DNA from: an uncultured Phycisphaerales bacterium
Lineage (GTDB): Bacteria > Planctomycetota > Phycisphaerae > Tepidisphaerales > Tepidisphaeraceae
Assembly (NCBI GenBank): GCA_963758525.1
Contig: CAVWVQ010000003.1
Span: 3,808,001 to 3,872,000, forward strand
Direction: 5' to 3'
Length of the DNA stretch: 64,000 nucleotides
How positions within the stretch are numbered: position 1 is the stretch's first letter; every line of letters begins with the position of its first letter. The position numbers and the translations under genes were made by a program. This document shows, one piece after another, positions 18,622-28,553 of this stretch. The notes beneath the pieces are model-generated. The model did no database searches and was not told the origin of the DNA. It saw only the letters and a program-made list of their open reading frames with translations.

Positions 18622-18942
18622 TCAATGGTGCAACGCGGGGAACGGGGGTACGCCCGCCTTTGCGGGATGCCCGTGGGTCACCGCGGCAATGAGCTGCTCC
18701 CCGCTCTGCGTCGGGGTGGCAAAAATAGTGTTCTGGATCTCCATCACTCCCGCCTTGGCCATCTCTTCGCATGCCAGCTTGATTTCACCAAGGCTGTATT
18801 TGCCGTTCAAAGCTGAATACAGCGATTGAAATGACAAGCCATAGCCCGATTTGCGCGTAGGATCAAATTGAGGAAAAGCCGCGAGGATATCGCGGTAAAT
18901 CGCGGGCAAACTCTCTGCATATTCGGCGGTGATTGGCATCAA
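18622..18942 (-). CDS. Small hypothetical protein, possible winged-helix fold, directly upstream of the TIR gene
   Basis: 106 aa, 9-nt gap to TIR. LSFQSLYSAL...YSLGEIKLACEEMAKAGVMEI...ATPTQSGEQLI resembles a helix-turn-helix plus wing. Confidence 0.7.
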   Translation of the reverse strand: MMPITAEYAESLPAIYRDILAAFPQFDPTRKSGYGLSFQSLYSALNGKYSLGEIKLACEEMAKAGVMEIQNTIFATPTQSGEQLIAAVTHGHPAKAGVPPFPALHH

Positions 18943-19031
18943 TTAACTCCTGGACGCGCTCGTCCCTTGCCAGCCGCTGGCGATTCTACCTCGAAGCCTC
19001 GCGACGGTCGAATGCCTGCGCGAAAATCAAA

Positions 19032-19186
19032 GCCCCTCACCGCACCGAAAACGGATCCCGATCCGCCTGACTCAGCAGAAACTCCAGCCCCGGCAGCGCC
19101 TGTTCCAGACGCTGCTTCAGTCGTTTGAGGGCGACGCGCTCGCTGTTGGAATGCAGCGTGCAAACCACCGTGATCCCCGCGGCCGC
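19032..19186. repeat. Direct repeat copy 2 (3' end of the intact nif3 gene)
   Basis: Matches 17799-17953 at an offset of 1233 bp. Confidence 0.95.
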
Positions 19187-20126
19187 TGGCGCAGAGCGTC
19201 GTGATGACGCATCTCGCCGGTCAGATACAAATCGGCTTTCGCGGCGATCGCGTCCGTGAGCATCTCGCCGCATGCGCCGGCGCAGACTGCCGCGCGGCTC
19301 ACTGTTCCCTCGACTGGTCCTGCCACCAGCAGGTGCTCGATCGCCAGTTCCCGCCTGAGGCGATCGAAAAGCACCGCCCGCTCGACCGGTGGATCAAGCA
19401 CGCCAAGGCGTCCCTGCCCCGGCCCCTCCGGCGGAGCCGCGAGTTGGTTCAAATCAAACGCGGGCTCTTCATACGGATGCGCGCTGCGAAGAGCGCGGAT
19501 TACTTCAGCCGCTTTGTCGATGAGCAGAACCGTTTCCAGTCTGACTTCAGTTGCCTGTTCCAGACGCCCGCTTTGTCCGACCGCGGGATTGCTCCCCTCT
19601 TCGCCAAAAAACGTCCCGGTCCCCCGCGTCCGGAAGCTGCACGAAGAATATTTTCCAATCCGCCCCGCGCCCGCGGCGAACAAGGCCTCGCTCACTTCCT
19701 CGACCCGCTCAGCCGGCACAAAAGTAACGAGTTTGTAATGCGTGGCCTCTTTCGGCGCGAGCCGTAACGGATGACATTCGGCCAGCCCAAGGACATCGCA
19801 TAACACGTCATTGGTTCCACCCTCCGCGACATCCAGTGCCGTGTGGGGCGAATAAATTGCCAGGCCGCGACGAATCGCATCGTGGATCAGTCCGCGTCCA
19901 TCGATGCGTTTGATCGCCGCAAAAATCGGCGGATGATAGGCAATTACGCCATCGCAATTGGCCGCCTGCCCCTCACGCGCGACCGCTTCGGTGTAGTCAA
20001 TCGTCAGCAAAACCCGCGTGACCGGCTGAGCAGGATCGCCAACGAGCAGTCCCACGTTGTCCCACCCCTCCGCGAACCGGGAAGGCGAATTTGTTCCATT
20101 GCCGCGACCAGTTCCTTGAGTTCCAT
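19037..20126 (-). CDS. Nif3-like dinuclear metal-centre hexameric protein (YbgI/YqfO, with PII-like insert); frameshifts near 20088 and 19190
   Basis: MELKELVAAMEQI, AEGWDNVGLLVG, YHPPIF, HTALD, YKLVTFVP, AHPYEEPAFD, TGEMRHHDA and LHSNSER. Confidence 0.92.
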
Positions 20127-20184
20127 TGCTGTAATGTAAAGGGTGGGCGAGCCGTGAGAAAGGTACAGTGAGAACGCGGGGGTG

Positions 20185-20379
20185 GGCGTGCCCTGAATTT
20201 AGGGAAGCAGTATTTTCCCCCCTCCCCGGCAGAATCCGGGGCGGCGCGAGTACGCTCTGCCCCGGCGTGCGGGCGATACACATCGACCCACCAATCACGC
20301 CGGGACAAAGCGTACTCGCGCCGTCCCGGATTCTGCTCGGGGAGGGGAAAACGCTTCCTCCCTAAATTCCGGGCACGCC
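20185..20379. repeat. Long intergenic palindrome (about 85-bp arms, 26-nt loop)
   Basis: 20185-20269 pairs with 20296-20379, e.g. GGCGCGAGTACGCT versus AGCGTACTCGCGCC. Confidence 0.9.
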
Positions 20380-20507
20380 GCCCCGTTTCGATCGGCGGGA
20401 AATTTTAGACTTTGCCCGATTTGTCGTTACTCTTCCTCGACTCTTGGAACGGCGCTGCGACGGGCTGCGCCGCCAGATGCGCAGTCCTATGGATATTGGA
20501 AAGAGGC

Positions 20508-22649
20508 ATGAGGAAATATTTCGGTTTTAGCGCCGGCATCGGCGCCGCGTCAGCGTGTTGGGCATTTTCCGCAATCGCGTTCGGACAGGCGGCAACGCAG
20601 CCGGTCTCCACGAATGAGCCCGCGCCGCAGGTCACGCTTCAGCCCGTAGTAGTCACGGCCCAGAAGCGCGAAGAGCCGATCGAGACGGTTCCCGTCAGCG
20701 TCACTGCCATCGACTCACAGACGATCCAGGACGCGAATATCGAAAACATTAAGGATGCCTCGTATTTGGCTCCGAATCTCTACATCTCGCAGTTCACTCC
20801 GCCGCGCGAGAGCTTCCCGTACATTCGCGGCATCGGGTCAGGTCAGAACAGCCCGGCGGTCACGACCTACATCGACGGCGTTCCGCAGCTTTCTTTTTCC
20901 ACATCGAACATCCAACTCGCCGACATCGACCGCATCGAGTTTCTTCGCGGACCCCAGGGCACGCTCTACGGCCGCAACACGCTCGGCGGCGTAATCAACA
21001 TCTACACGCTGCAGCCCGGCGATGCCGCGCACGGCGACGTCAACGCCACCGGCGGCAATTACTCGCTGCAGGATTACCGCGGCGGCGTTCGCGGGCCGAT
21101 CGTTCCCGGCAAAGCGTATTACGCGTTTGCCGGCGGATATGTCAGCCGCGATGGTTACTCCCTGAACACTTTCACCGATCACGATCTCGATCACGTGAAC
21201 GAACTGTTCGGCCGGCTCGAGTTGCGCTTCACGCCCACCCCGGACTGGGATCTGCGCCTCACGCTCAATGGCGAGCGCGACGCCGACGGCGATTTCCCGC
21301 TGTACGACCTCGGCTCGCTCCGCAGGACTGACCATCAGGTCAATCACAACTACGAAGGCGAAGCCCATCGCAACGTCGGACAGCTTGCATTCAACGCGAT
21401 CTTTCACGGGCAGGGCGTGGACTTCACCTCCGTCACCGCGATCCAGTATTTCCAGTCCAAGGAACTGACGGATCTCGATGAAACGCAGTTCAATGCCGCG
21501 ACGCGAAGCAATCTCGAGCAGCAGCGCAACGCGATTGAAGAAGTGCGACTCATGTCCCCCGATGGGGAGCCGATCGTCGTCGCCCGGGATGTCAACTTCA
21601 GTTGGATTACCGGCGCGCTTTTCTTTGCCACGGGCGATGAGCCTCGGGTTGCAAATTCGGAAACCGCTCTCGCGTCGCCTGTCGCGTTCACAGCCAATCA
21701 AAACGCCAACATCGATCAGGTCGGCATCGGCGTCTATGGGCAGGGAACGCTCACTTTCTGGGACAAGCTCGACCTGACCCTCGGCGGCCGCGTCGATTAC
21801 GAATACCAGCACGCGCATCTGGTCAACTCGTTTGCTCCGCCCATCGCCCCGACGTTCTCCGGCAGCGACACCAAGGACTACACGCAGTTTGAGCCGCGCG
21901 CCGCGCTCGACTACCGCTGGACCAAGCAGTTCATGACCTACGCAACCGTGGCGGAGGGATACCGCGCCGGCGGCTTTAACTCGACGTTTCCAACGCCCGC
22001 GCAAATCCCCTTCGGTCCCGAACGAAGCTGGTCGTATGAGCTTGGCGCCAAGACGAGCCTGATGAACAACCGCCTGACGCTCGACGCCGACGTGTTTCAC
22101 ATCGACTGGCATCACCTTCAGCTCGACACGCCGATTCCCGGCGAGGCCAGCGCCTTCTACATCAGCAACGCGGGCAACGCCCGCAGCACCGGCTTCGAAG
22201 TGGAGGGAGATTATCTGGTGCTTCCCGGCGTCGATGTCTTCGCCGGGCTCGGCTTCACGCATGCCCGCTTCGAGCATTCCATTCAACCCAGCGGCGCCAG
22301 CGCCTCGGGAAATCGTCTGCCGCAGGCGCCCGAGACCACTTGGAACGTCGGGGCTCAATACACGCTGCCGTTGCCGCACGATCTGCGCGCGTATGCACGC
22401 GTCGAGGTCCTCGGCGTCGGTCCGTACTCCTACGACGCGACGAATATCGAGGGTCAGGGCGCTTACATCCTGACCAATTTCCGCCTGGGCGTCGGCGGCC
22501 CGTGGTGGCGTGTCGAAGGGTTCGTCAACAACGCCTTCAACACCAACTACGTCCCCATCGCGTTCCAATTTCCCGGCTCAGCCTCGGGCTACGTCGGCCA
22601 AAGCGGAGACCCGATGACCTGCGGAGTGACAGTAGGCCTGAACTTCTAA
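20508..22649 (+). CDS. TonB-dependent outer-membrane receptor
   Basis: Signal peptide, VVVTAQKREE, plug RIEFLRGPQGTLYGRNTLGGVINI and C-terminal Phe. Confidence 0.95.
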   Translation: MRKYFGFSAGIGAASACWAFSAIAFGQAATQPVSTNEPAPQVTLQPVVVTAQKREEPIETVPVSVTAIDSQTIQDANIENIKDASYLAPNLYISQFTPPRESFPYIRGIGSGQNSPAVTTYIDGVPQLSFSTSNIQLADIDRIEFLRGPQGTLYGRNTLGGVINIYTLQPGDAAHGDVNATGGNYSLQDYRGGVRGPIVPGKAYYAFAGGYVSRDGYSLNTFTDHDLDHVNELFGRLELRFTPTPDWDLRLTLNGERDADGDFPLYDLGSLRRTDHQVNHNYEGEAHRNVGQLAFNAIFHGQGVDFTSVTAIQYFQSKELTDLDETQFNAATRSNLEQQRNAIEEVRLMSPDGEPIVVARDVNFSWITGALFFATGDEPRVANSETALASPVAFTANQNANIDQVGIGVYGQGTLTFWDKLDLTLGGRVDYEYQHAHLVNSFAPPIAPTFSGSDTKDYTQFEPRAALDYRWTKQFMTYATVAEGYRAGGFNSTFPTPAQIPFGPERSWSYELGAKTSLMNNRLTLDADVFHIDWHHLQLDTPIPGEASAFYISNAGNARSTGFEVEGDYLVLPGVDVFAGLGFTHARFEHSIQPSGASASGNRLPQAPETTWNVGAQYTLPLPHDLRAYARVEVLGVGPYSYDATNIEGQGAYILTNFRLGVGGPWWRVEGFVNNAFNTNYVPIAFQFPGSASGYVGQSGDPMTCGVTVGLNF

Positions 22650-22672
22650 TCCACGACTTTTTTGGCTTCCGC

Positions 22673-22781
22673 GTGGCACGGGCGTCCCGCCCGTGTTAGC
22701 GACTCAAGATTGAAAAGAGATGTCGAAAGCAAGAATGGTTTTACTGCTGCGCCGCTAACACGGGCGAGACGCCCGTGCCAC
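22673..22781. repeat. 109-bp REPIN-like inverted doublet (copy 2)
   Basis: GTGGCACGGGCGTCCCGCCCGTGTTAGCG ... CGCTAACACGGGCGAGACGCCCGTGCCAC. Confidence 0.85.
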
Positions 22782-22799
22782 GCGGCACAATTCGTTCAG

Positions 22800-24152
22800 A
22801 TGCCGAATCGTCGTCAATTCTCCGGCTGGACCGCCTTGGCCATCGCCTCGCTGGCGATGGTCTGCACGCTCCCCGGTCGCACGCAGGGCCTGGGTCTCAT
22901 CACCGATCCTCTCCTTCGCGATCTGAACCTCCGCGAGCTTCAGTGGGCAAATGTGAACCTCGTCGCCACCCTGATCGGCGCGGCGTTCTGCATCGGCGTC
23001 GGAAGATTGATCGATCGCCTCGGCGCCCGCACCGTTGTCGTAGTGGTGATCGCGCTGCTTGGCCTCTCAGTCATTGCAATGAGTCGGGTGCATGGCCTGA
23101 TCGGTCTGGTCCTGACAGTGACACTTACTAGAGGCTTCGGACAAAGCGCGCTCTCCGTTGTCAGCCTCGCGATCGTCGGAAAGTGGTTTGTGCGAAAACT
23201 CTCACTGGCGATGGGCATCTACAGCATTTTCCTCGGCATCGGATTCATGATCGCGTTCCCCGTAGTTCAATACGCAGTTGAGCACACCGGCTGGCGCCCC
23301 GTCTGGTCGGCAATGGGCTGGGTCATGATCCTCATCGTCGCGCCCCTTTCTGCTCTGTTGCTTCGCAGCACCCCAGAGAGCGTGGGTCAGCATGTCGACG
23401 GAGCTCCCACAGCGATTGACGATGCGCAACGACACGGTTCCCGCCCCCGTTTAGCGGCCGCCCAAAGGGCCGCGCTCCGATCGCAAGACCGCCCACCGGC
23501 CGAGTCGGATTCAGATGATCCGCTCGTCGGCGCAACTCTCTCCCAAGCCCTTGCAACCCCCGCTTTTTGGACATTCGGAATCGCAAGCTCGGCATTCGGC
23601 TTGATCAGCTCGGGAATACTCCTCTTTAACGAATCGCTCCTCCGCGAGCTCGGCTTCGGATCCGATGTCTTTCGCCAGCTTCAGGTGGTGCTGGTCTTCA
23701 GCGGGCTGCTGGCCAATTTCGCGGGGGGTTGGCTGGGGCAGAAGTGGTCCCTCAGCCGACTGATGGGGATCGCCATGCTGCTGATGGGCGTGGCTTTGGC
23801 GGCCCTTCCCATCGCGCGCTCGCGCAGCCAGATCGTCGCCTACGCGCTGTCGATGGGAGTTTCCGGCGGAATCGTCACCGTCGTCTTCTTCACCTGCTGG
23901 GGCAGGATGTTCGGCCGCCTGCACCTCGGAAAGATCCAAGGTGTGGCGCAGATGCTGACGGTTGTCGCCTCGGCGCTGGGCCCATTGCTGGTTGCCTGGT
24001 CGCTGAACTCCACCGGCTCATATAAGCCGCTGCTGTACTGGGCCGCTCCGGTGGCGCTCCTGCTCGGCATGGTCTGCTTCTTTGTCCCGCTTCCAGACGC
24101 CGCCAGCCAGGGAAGCACCAGTCTCACAATCGCCGAAGAAACCAAGGGTTAG
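22800..24152 (+). CDS. MFS transporter
   Basis: About 12 TMs, motif A GRLIDRLGAR, KWFVRK and FGRLHLGKIQG. Confidence 0.9.
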   Translation: MPNRRQFSGWTALAIASLAMVCTLPGRTQGLGLITDPLLRDLNLRELQWANVNLVATLIGAAFCIGVGRLIDRLGARTVVVVVIALLGLSVIAMSRVHGLIGLVLTVTLTRGFGQSALSVVSLAIVGKWFVRKLSLAMGIYSIFLGIGFMIAFPVVQYAVEHTGWRPVWSAMGWVMILIVAPLSALLLRSTPESVGQHVDGAPTAIDDAQRHGSRPRLAAAQRAALRSQDRPPAESDSDDPLVGATLSQALATPAFWTFGIASSAFGLISSGILLFNESLLRELGFGSDVFRQLQVVLVFSGLLANFAGGWLGQKWSLSRLMGIAMLLMGVALAALPIARSRSQIVAYALSMGVSGGIVTVVFFTCWGRMFGRLHLGKIQGVAQMLTVVASALGPLLVAWSLNSTGSYKPLLYWAAPVALLLGMVCFFVPLPDAASQGSTSLTIAEETKG

Positions 24153-24371
24153 GTTAACCAAGTAAAACAGTAGAAATAAGTGAGTATGAGTCTTGACGCG
24201 GCCCGCGCCGTCGTTAGACTTGCCAACCCCATGAACGCGGCGTCATCAGTCTTTGCGCGGTATTCCTCAGTCAGCGGCTTTGACGCGGACCTCGCGTGTT
24301 GCTGTCGCTGAATCGCACAGCCTGCACCCGGTTTCCGTTTCCGCTTGCTCCCATTGCATACTGAGGATCTC

Positions 24372-25422
24372 ATGAAACTCGCCACCGCTCTCAAGCTTGC
24401 CATCATCACCGGTTCTCTGACTCTCGCCCTGGGCTGCAAGCAGCGCTCAACTTCTGAATCCTCTTCCACGCAACCTGCCGATACGCAGGTCTCGGCGATT
24501 CTGAACGTCTCCTACGACCCGACGCGTGAGCTCTATAAGGACATCAACAAGGCGTTCGAGGAAGAATGGAAGACCAAAACGGGCCAGGACATTTCGGTCA
24601 AGCAATCGCATGGCGGCTCGGGCAAGCAGGCTCGCGCGGTCAGCGACGGTCTGCAGGCCGACGTCGTCACGCTCGGCCTCGCGTACGATATCGACGCTCT
24701 CCACGAGAACGGCAATCTCGTTCCCGCCGATTGGCAGAAGCGCCTTCCCAACAACAGCACCCCGTTCACATCAACGATCGTTTTCCTGGTCCGCACGGGA
24801 AACCCCAAAGCCATCCGAAGCTGGGACGACCTCGTGAAGGACGGCGTTTCCATCATCATTCCCAATCCCAAAACCTCCGGCGGCGCACGCTGGGGTTACC
24901 TGGCGGCGTACGGCGCGGCGCTGCAGGAGAACGCCAACGACGATTCCAAGGCCCAGGCGTTCATCACGAAGTTCTACCGCAACGTTCCCATTCTCGACTC
25001 GGGCGCGCGACGCGACTGTCACGTTCACCAAGCGCGGCCAGGGCGACGTGCTGGTCTCATGGGAAAATGAGGCGCAGCTGGCCGTTCAGGAATTCGGAGC
25101 CGGGCAGGTCGAATTGGTTTACCCGCCAACGAGCATACTCGCCGAACCGCCCGTCTCCGTCGTGGACAAAGTCGTCGACGATCGCGGCTCGCGCAAGGTT
25201 GCCGAAGCGTATCTCTACTTCCTCTACACCGAGCCGGCGCAGGAGATCGCCGCGAAGAACCATTACCGGCCGACGCTCACTTCTGTCGCATCGCGCTACA
25301 CGAGTCGCTTCCCGCAGATTAAGCTGTTTACCGTGGACGAAGTGTTTGGCGGATGGAAGAAGGCGCAGGCGACTCATTTTGCCGATGGCGGAGTCTTCGA
25401 CCAGATCTACAAGCCGAAATAG
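24372..25422 (+). CDS. sbp: Sulfate ABC transporter substrate-binding protein; frameshift near 25008
   Basis: [35 protein letters not shown], then SWENEA and [12 protein letters not shown] in the next frame. Confidence 0.95.
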
Positions 25423-25425
25423 CAC

Positions 25426-26259
25426 GTGGCCCAACTCAAACGTCACAGCGTCCTCCCCGGGTTCGGCCTCAGCCTCGGCTATACGCTCTTTTATCTCAGC
25501 GCCATCGTGCTCCTGCCGCTTTCGGCGCTGGTCGTCATGACGATGCGCCTCACCTGGCGGCAGTTTCTGCATACCGTCACCGACCCGCAGGTGATGGCCG
25601 CGTATCGCGTGAGCTTCGGCGCGTCCTTCTTTGCCGCAATTCTCAACGCGATCTTCGGGCTGATGGTGGCATGGGTTCTGGTGCGCTATCAATTTTTCGG
25701 CAAGCGCATGATGGACGCGATGATCGATCTGCCTTTTGCGCTGCCGACCGCGGTCGCGGGTATCGCGCTGGCGACTCTTTACGCCCCCAACGGATGGATC
25801 GGCCGGCTGCTGGCGCCGCACGGAATTCGGATTGCCTACACATGGTGGGGCATTCTGCTGGCGCTGACGTTTATCGGGATGCCGTTCGTTGTGCGAACCG
25901 TTCAACCCGTCCTGCAGGATCTGAATCCCGAGCTCGAGGAAGCCGCCGCCAGCCTCGGCGCCGGCCGCTGGCTGATCTTCCGCCGGGTCGTCTTCCCGGA
26001 AATCTGGCCGCCGCTGCTCACTGGCTTCTCACTCTCGTTTGCGCGAGCGGTGGGGGAGTACGGCTCGGTGATCTTCATCTCCAACAATCTGCCGATGAAG
26101 ACCGAAATTGCCCCGGTGCTGATCGTCTCCAAGCTCGAGGTTCATCAGTATCCGCAGGCAACCGCCATTGCCGTGGTCATGCTGCTCGCGTCGTTCATCA
26201 TTCTGCTGCTGGTCAGCCAGCTCCAGAAATGGACCGCAGGCAAAGGAGCAGGGCGATGA
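25426..26259 (+). CDS. cysT: Sulfate ABC transporter permease CysT
   Basis: SVLPGFGLSLG, IDLPFALPTAVAGIAL and PFVVRTVQPVL. Confidence 0.95.
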   Translation: MAQLKRHSVLPGFGLSLGYTLFYLSAIVLLPLSALVVMTMRLTWRQFLHTVTDPQVMAAYRVSFGASFFAAILNAIFGLMVAWVLVRYQFFGKRMMDAMIDLPFALPTAVAGIALATLYAPNGWIGRLLAPHGIRIAYTWWGILLALTFIGMPFVVRTVQPVLQDLNPELEEAAASLGAGRWLIFRRVVFPEIWPPLLTGFSLSFARAVGEYGSVIFISNNLPMKTEIAPVLIVSKLEVHQYPQATAIAVVMLLASFIILLLVSQLQKWTAGKGAGR

Positions 26260-27197
26260 AGACCGCCGCGTCATTGGTGAGCCGGTCGCAGGCGCAGCTG
26301 CGGCAGGGCGGAACAACCGAGCCGGCCCTGGTGCGCTATCTGCTCATCGGGGCGACCTTTTTCATCCTGGGCCTCTTCCTCGTTCTCCCCTTGATCATCG
26401 TTTTTCACGAAGCGTTCGCCGATGGCGTCGCCGTCTATTTCGACGCGCTGCGCGATGACGACACGATCAGCGCCATCAAGCTCACGCTCATCACTGCCGC
26501 CATCGCGGTTCCGGCAAACCTGATCTTTGGCGTCGCCGCCTCCTGGTGCATCTCCAAGTTCGAGTTCGCCGGCAAACGCCTTTTGCTCACGCTCATCGAT
26601 CTCCCCTTCGCGATTTCTCCGGTCATCTCCGGTCTCATCTTCGTCCTGCTTTTCGGCCTGCAGGGGTGGATGGGCCCATGGCTCGATTCGTATCACGTGC
26701 ACATCATCGGCAGCGTCTTCGGCGTCGTCCTCGCGACAGTCTTCGTCACCTTCCCCTTCGTGGCCCGCGAGCTGATCCCGCTGATGGAATCCCAAGGCAC
26801 CGAAGAAGAGCAGGCCGCGCTCTCTCTGGGAGCCAGCGGCTGGCGCTGCTTTGTCAAAATCACTCTGCCCAACATCAAGTGGGGCCTGCTGTACGGCGTA
26901 ATCCTCTGCAACGCCCGCGCGATGGGGGAGTTCGGCGCGGTTGCGGTCGTGAGCGGGAAGATCCGGGGCGAAACCGAGACGATGCCGCTCCATGTCGAGT
27001 CGCTGTACAATGACAACCAATCCTCAGCGGCATTCGCGGTGGCGTCGCTGCTGACTCTGGTGGCGGTGGCGACGTTGATCGCCAAGTCGATCATCGAGTG
27101 GAGAACGGCCGCCGTCGCGCAGCCCATCCCGGAAGCCGCCGCTTCGATGATGGTCCCCGCAACCCCTCTGCTCAGCGAGGCCGGATCGGATATATGA
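26256..27197 (+). CDS. cysW: Sulfate ABC transporter permease CysW
   Basis: [26 protein letters not shown] and [15 protein letters not shown] overlap with cysT. Confidence 0.95.
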   Translation: MKTAASLVSRSQAQLRQGGTTEPALVRYLLIGATFFILGLFLVLPLIIVFHEAFADGVAVYFDALRDDDTISAIKLTLITAAIAVPANLIFGVAASWCISKFEFAGKRLLLTLIDLPFAISPVISGLIFVLLFGLQGWMGPWLDSYHVHIIGSVFGVVLATVFVTFPFVARELIPLMESQGTEEEQAALSLGASGWRCFVKITLPNIKWGLLYGVILCNARAMGEFGAVAVVSGKIRGETETMPLHVESLYNDNQSSAAFAVASLLTLVAVATLIAKSIIEWRTAAVAQPIPEAAASMMVPATPLLSEAGSDI

Positions 27198-28264
27198 GCA
27201 TCGAAGTCATCAGCATCCGCAAGACCTTCGACAACTACGTCGCCCTGCGCGACGTCAGCATGCACGTCGGGCATGGCGAGCTGATCGCGCTGCTCGGTCC
27301 CAGCGGCTCGGGCAAAACCACGCTGCTGCGCATCATCGCCGGCCTCGAACAGCCCGACCCCGGCAGCGGCGCGATCCGATTCCACGACGAAGACATGACC
27401 GGCCGTCGCATCGGCGATCGCCAGGTCGGATTCGTCTTCCAGCACTACGCGCTGTTCCGTCACATGAGCGTCTTCGAAAACGTCGCCTTTGGCCTCCGCG
27501 CCCGTCCCAAAAAGACCAGGCCGGATAACGCGACCATCAAAGCCAAAATCAGCGAGCTGCTCCGCCTCGTCCAGCTCGAACGCCTCGGCGACCGCCTCCC
27601 CGGCCAGCTTTCCGGCGGCCAGCGCCAGCGCGTCGCCCTCGCCCGCGCCCTGGCCGTCGAACCGCGCGTGCTTCTGCTGGACGAACCCTTCGGCGCCCTC
27701 GACGCCCGCGTTCGCCGCGACCTGCGCCGCTGGCTCCGCCGCCTGCACGACGAGATGCACATCACCAGCGTCTTCGTCACCCACGATCAGGAAGAGGCGC
27801 TCGAGCTTGCCGACCGCGTCGTCGTGATGAATGAAGGCAGAATCGAACAGATCGGAACCCCAGAGGAAGTCTACGACAAGCCCGCCAATCCCTTCGTCTA
27901 CAGCTTCCTCGGCAACGTCAATCTCTTCCACGGTCGAATCGACCACGGCCAACTCCGGGTAGACGGCCACGACGCCCACGCGCCAGAGGCCGCCCAGACG
28001 CCCAAATCCAACGGCGTCGCCTACGTCCGCCCCCACGACGTCGAAGTCGCCCGCTCCGGCAACGGCAACGCCATCAAGGCCCGCATCGAGCAGATCAATT
28101 TCGCCGGCCCCGTCGTCTACCTCCTGCTCCACCGCCAGGACGGAGACCCCGTCGAAGCCGCCGTCCCCCGCGACCGCTTCCGCGAACTGGCGCTTCGTCA
28201 GAGCGAGGAAGTCTTTATCACTTTCCGCAACGCACGGGTGTTTTCCGAGGATTATTCAATCTAA
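27194..28264 (+). CDS. cysA: Sulfate ABC transporter ATP-binding protein CysA
   Basis: [32 protein letters not shown] and a TOBE-like tail. Confidence 0.95.
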   Translation: MSIEVISIRKTFDNYVALRDVSMHVGHGELIALLGPSGSGKTTLLRIIAGLEQPDPGSGAIRFHDEDMTGRRIGDRQVGFVFQHYALFRHMSVFENVAFGLRARPKKTRPDNATIKAKISELLRLVQLERLGDRLPGQLSGGQRQRVALARALAVEPRVLLLDEPFGALDARVRRDLRRWLRRLHDEMHITSVFVTHDQEEALELADRVVVMNEGRIEQIGTPEEVYDKPANPFVYSFLGNVNLFHGRIDHGQLRVDGHDAHAPEAAQTPKSNGVAYVRPHDVEVARSGNGNAIKARIEQINFAGPVVYLLLHRQDGDPVEAAVPRDRFRELALRQSEEVFITFRNARVFSEDYSI

Positions 28265-28324
28265 ATAAACCTGCGCTCGTTCGTTGTCCCAAGACTAAAA
28301 TCGCTAGTTGGTTGTATTCGTTCC

Positions 28325-28545
28325 ATGAGCATGAAGAGGATTATTCAAACCGTCGTCATGAGAGGTGAACCCAAGTGGGGCTCACAGCCCCCGGCTGGTG
28401 CGCTGGGTGAAGTCCTGCGCCTCTTGGCGCCTGCGGTGCAATACGCAATTCGCATGAAGTTTGAAGGGCGCAGCACCTCGCGTGGTGCCTTACCGGCTTG
28501 GTTGGAAGCCGCATCTGATTTGCGATTTGTCGGACAGGAAGGAAG
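28325..28545 (+). pseudogene. Probable truncated N-terminal fragment of an unrelated hypothetical gene
   Basis: Protein-like MSMKRIIQTVVMRG...MKFEGRSTSRGALPAWLEAASDLRFVG, then the frame becomes a shadow of the next gene. Confidence 0.4.
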
Positions 28546-28553
28546 CGATCAGA

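Noticed and set aside
23454..23478. Second coding REP in the long MFS central loop (GCGGCCGCCCAAAGGGCCGC hairpin)
   Set aside because: Single short GC hairpin with no second copy in the window, so it cannot be separated from chance.
25353..27197. 614-aa CysW fusion
   Set aside because: The N-terminal half is an off-frame read of cysT. cysW starts at 26256.
20508..28264. TonB receptor and MFS as part of the sulfate regulon
   Set aside because: Co-directional only. They are separated by a repeat and a 220-bp spacer, with no motif evidence for shared substrate or regulation.
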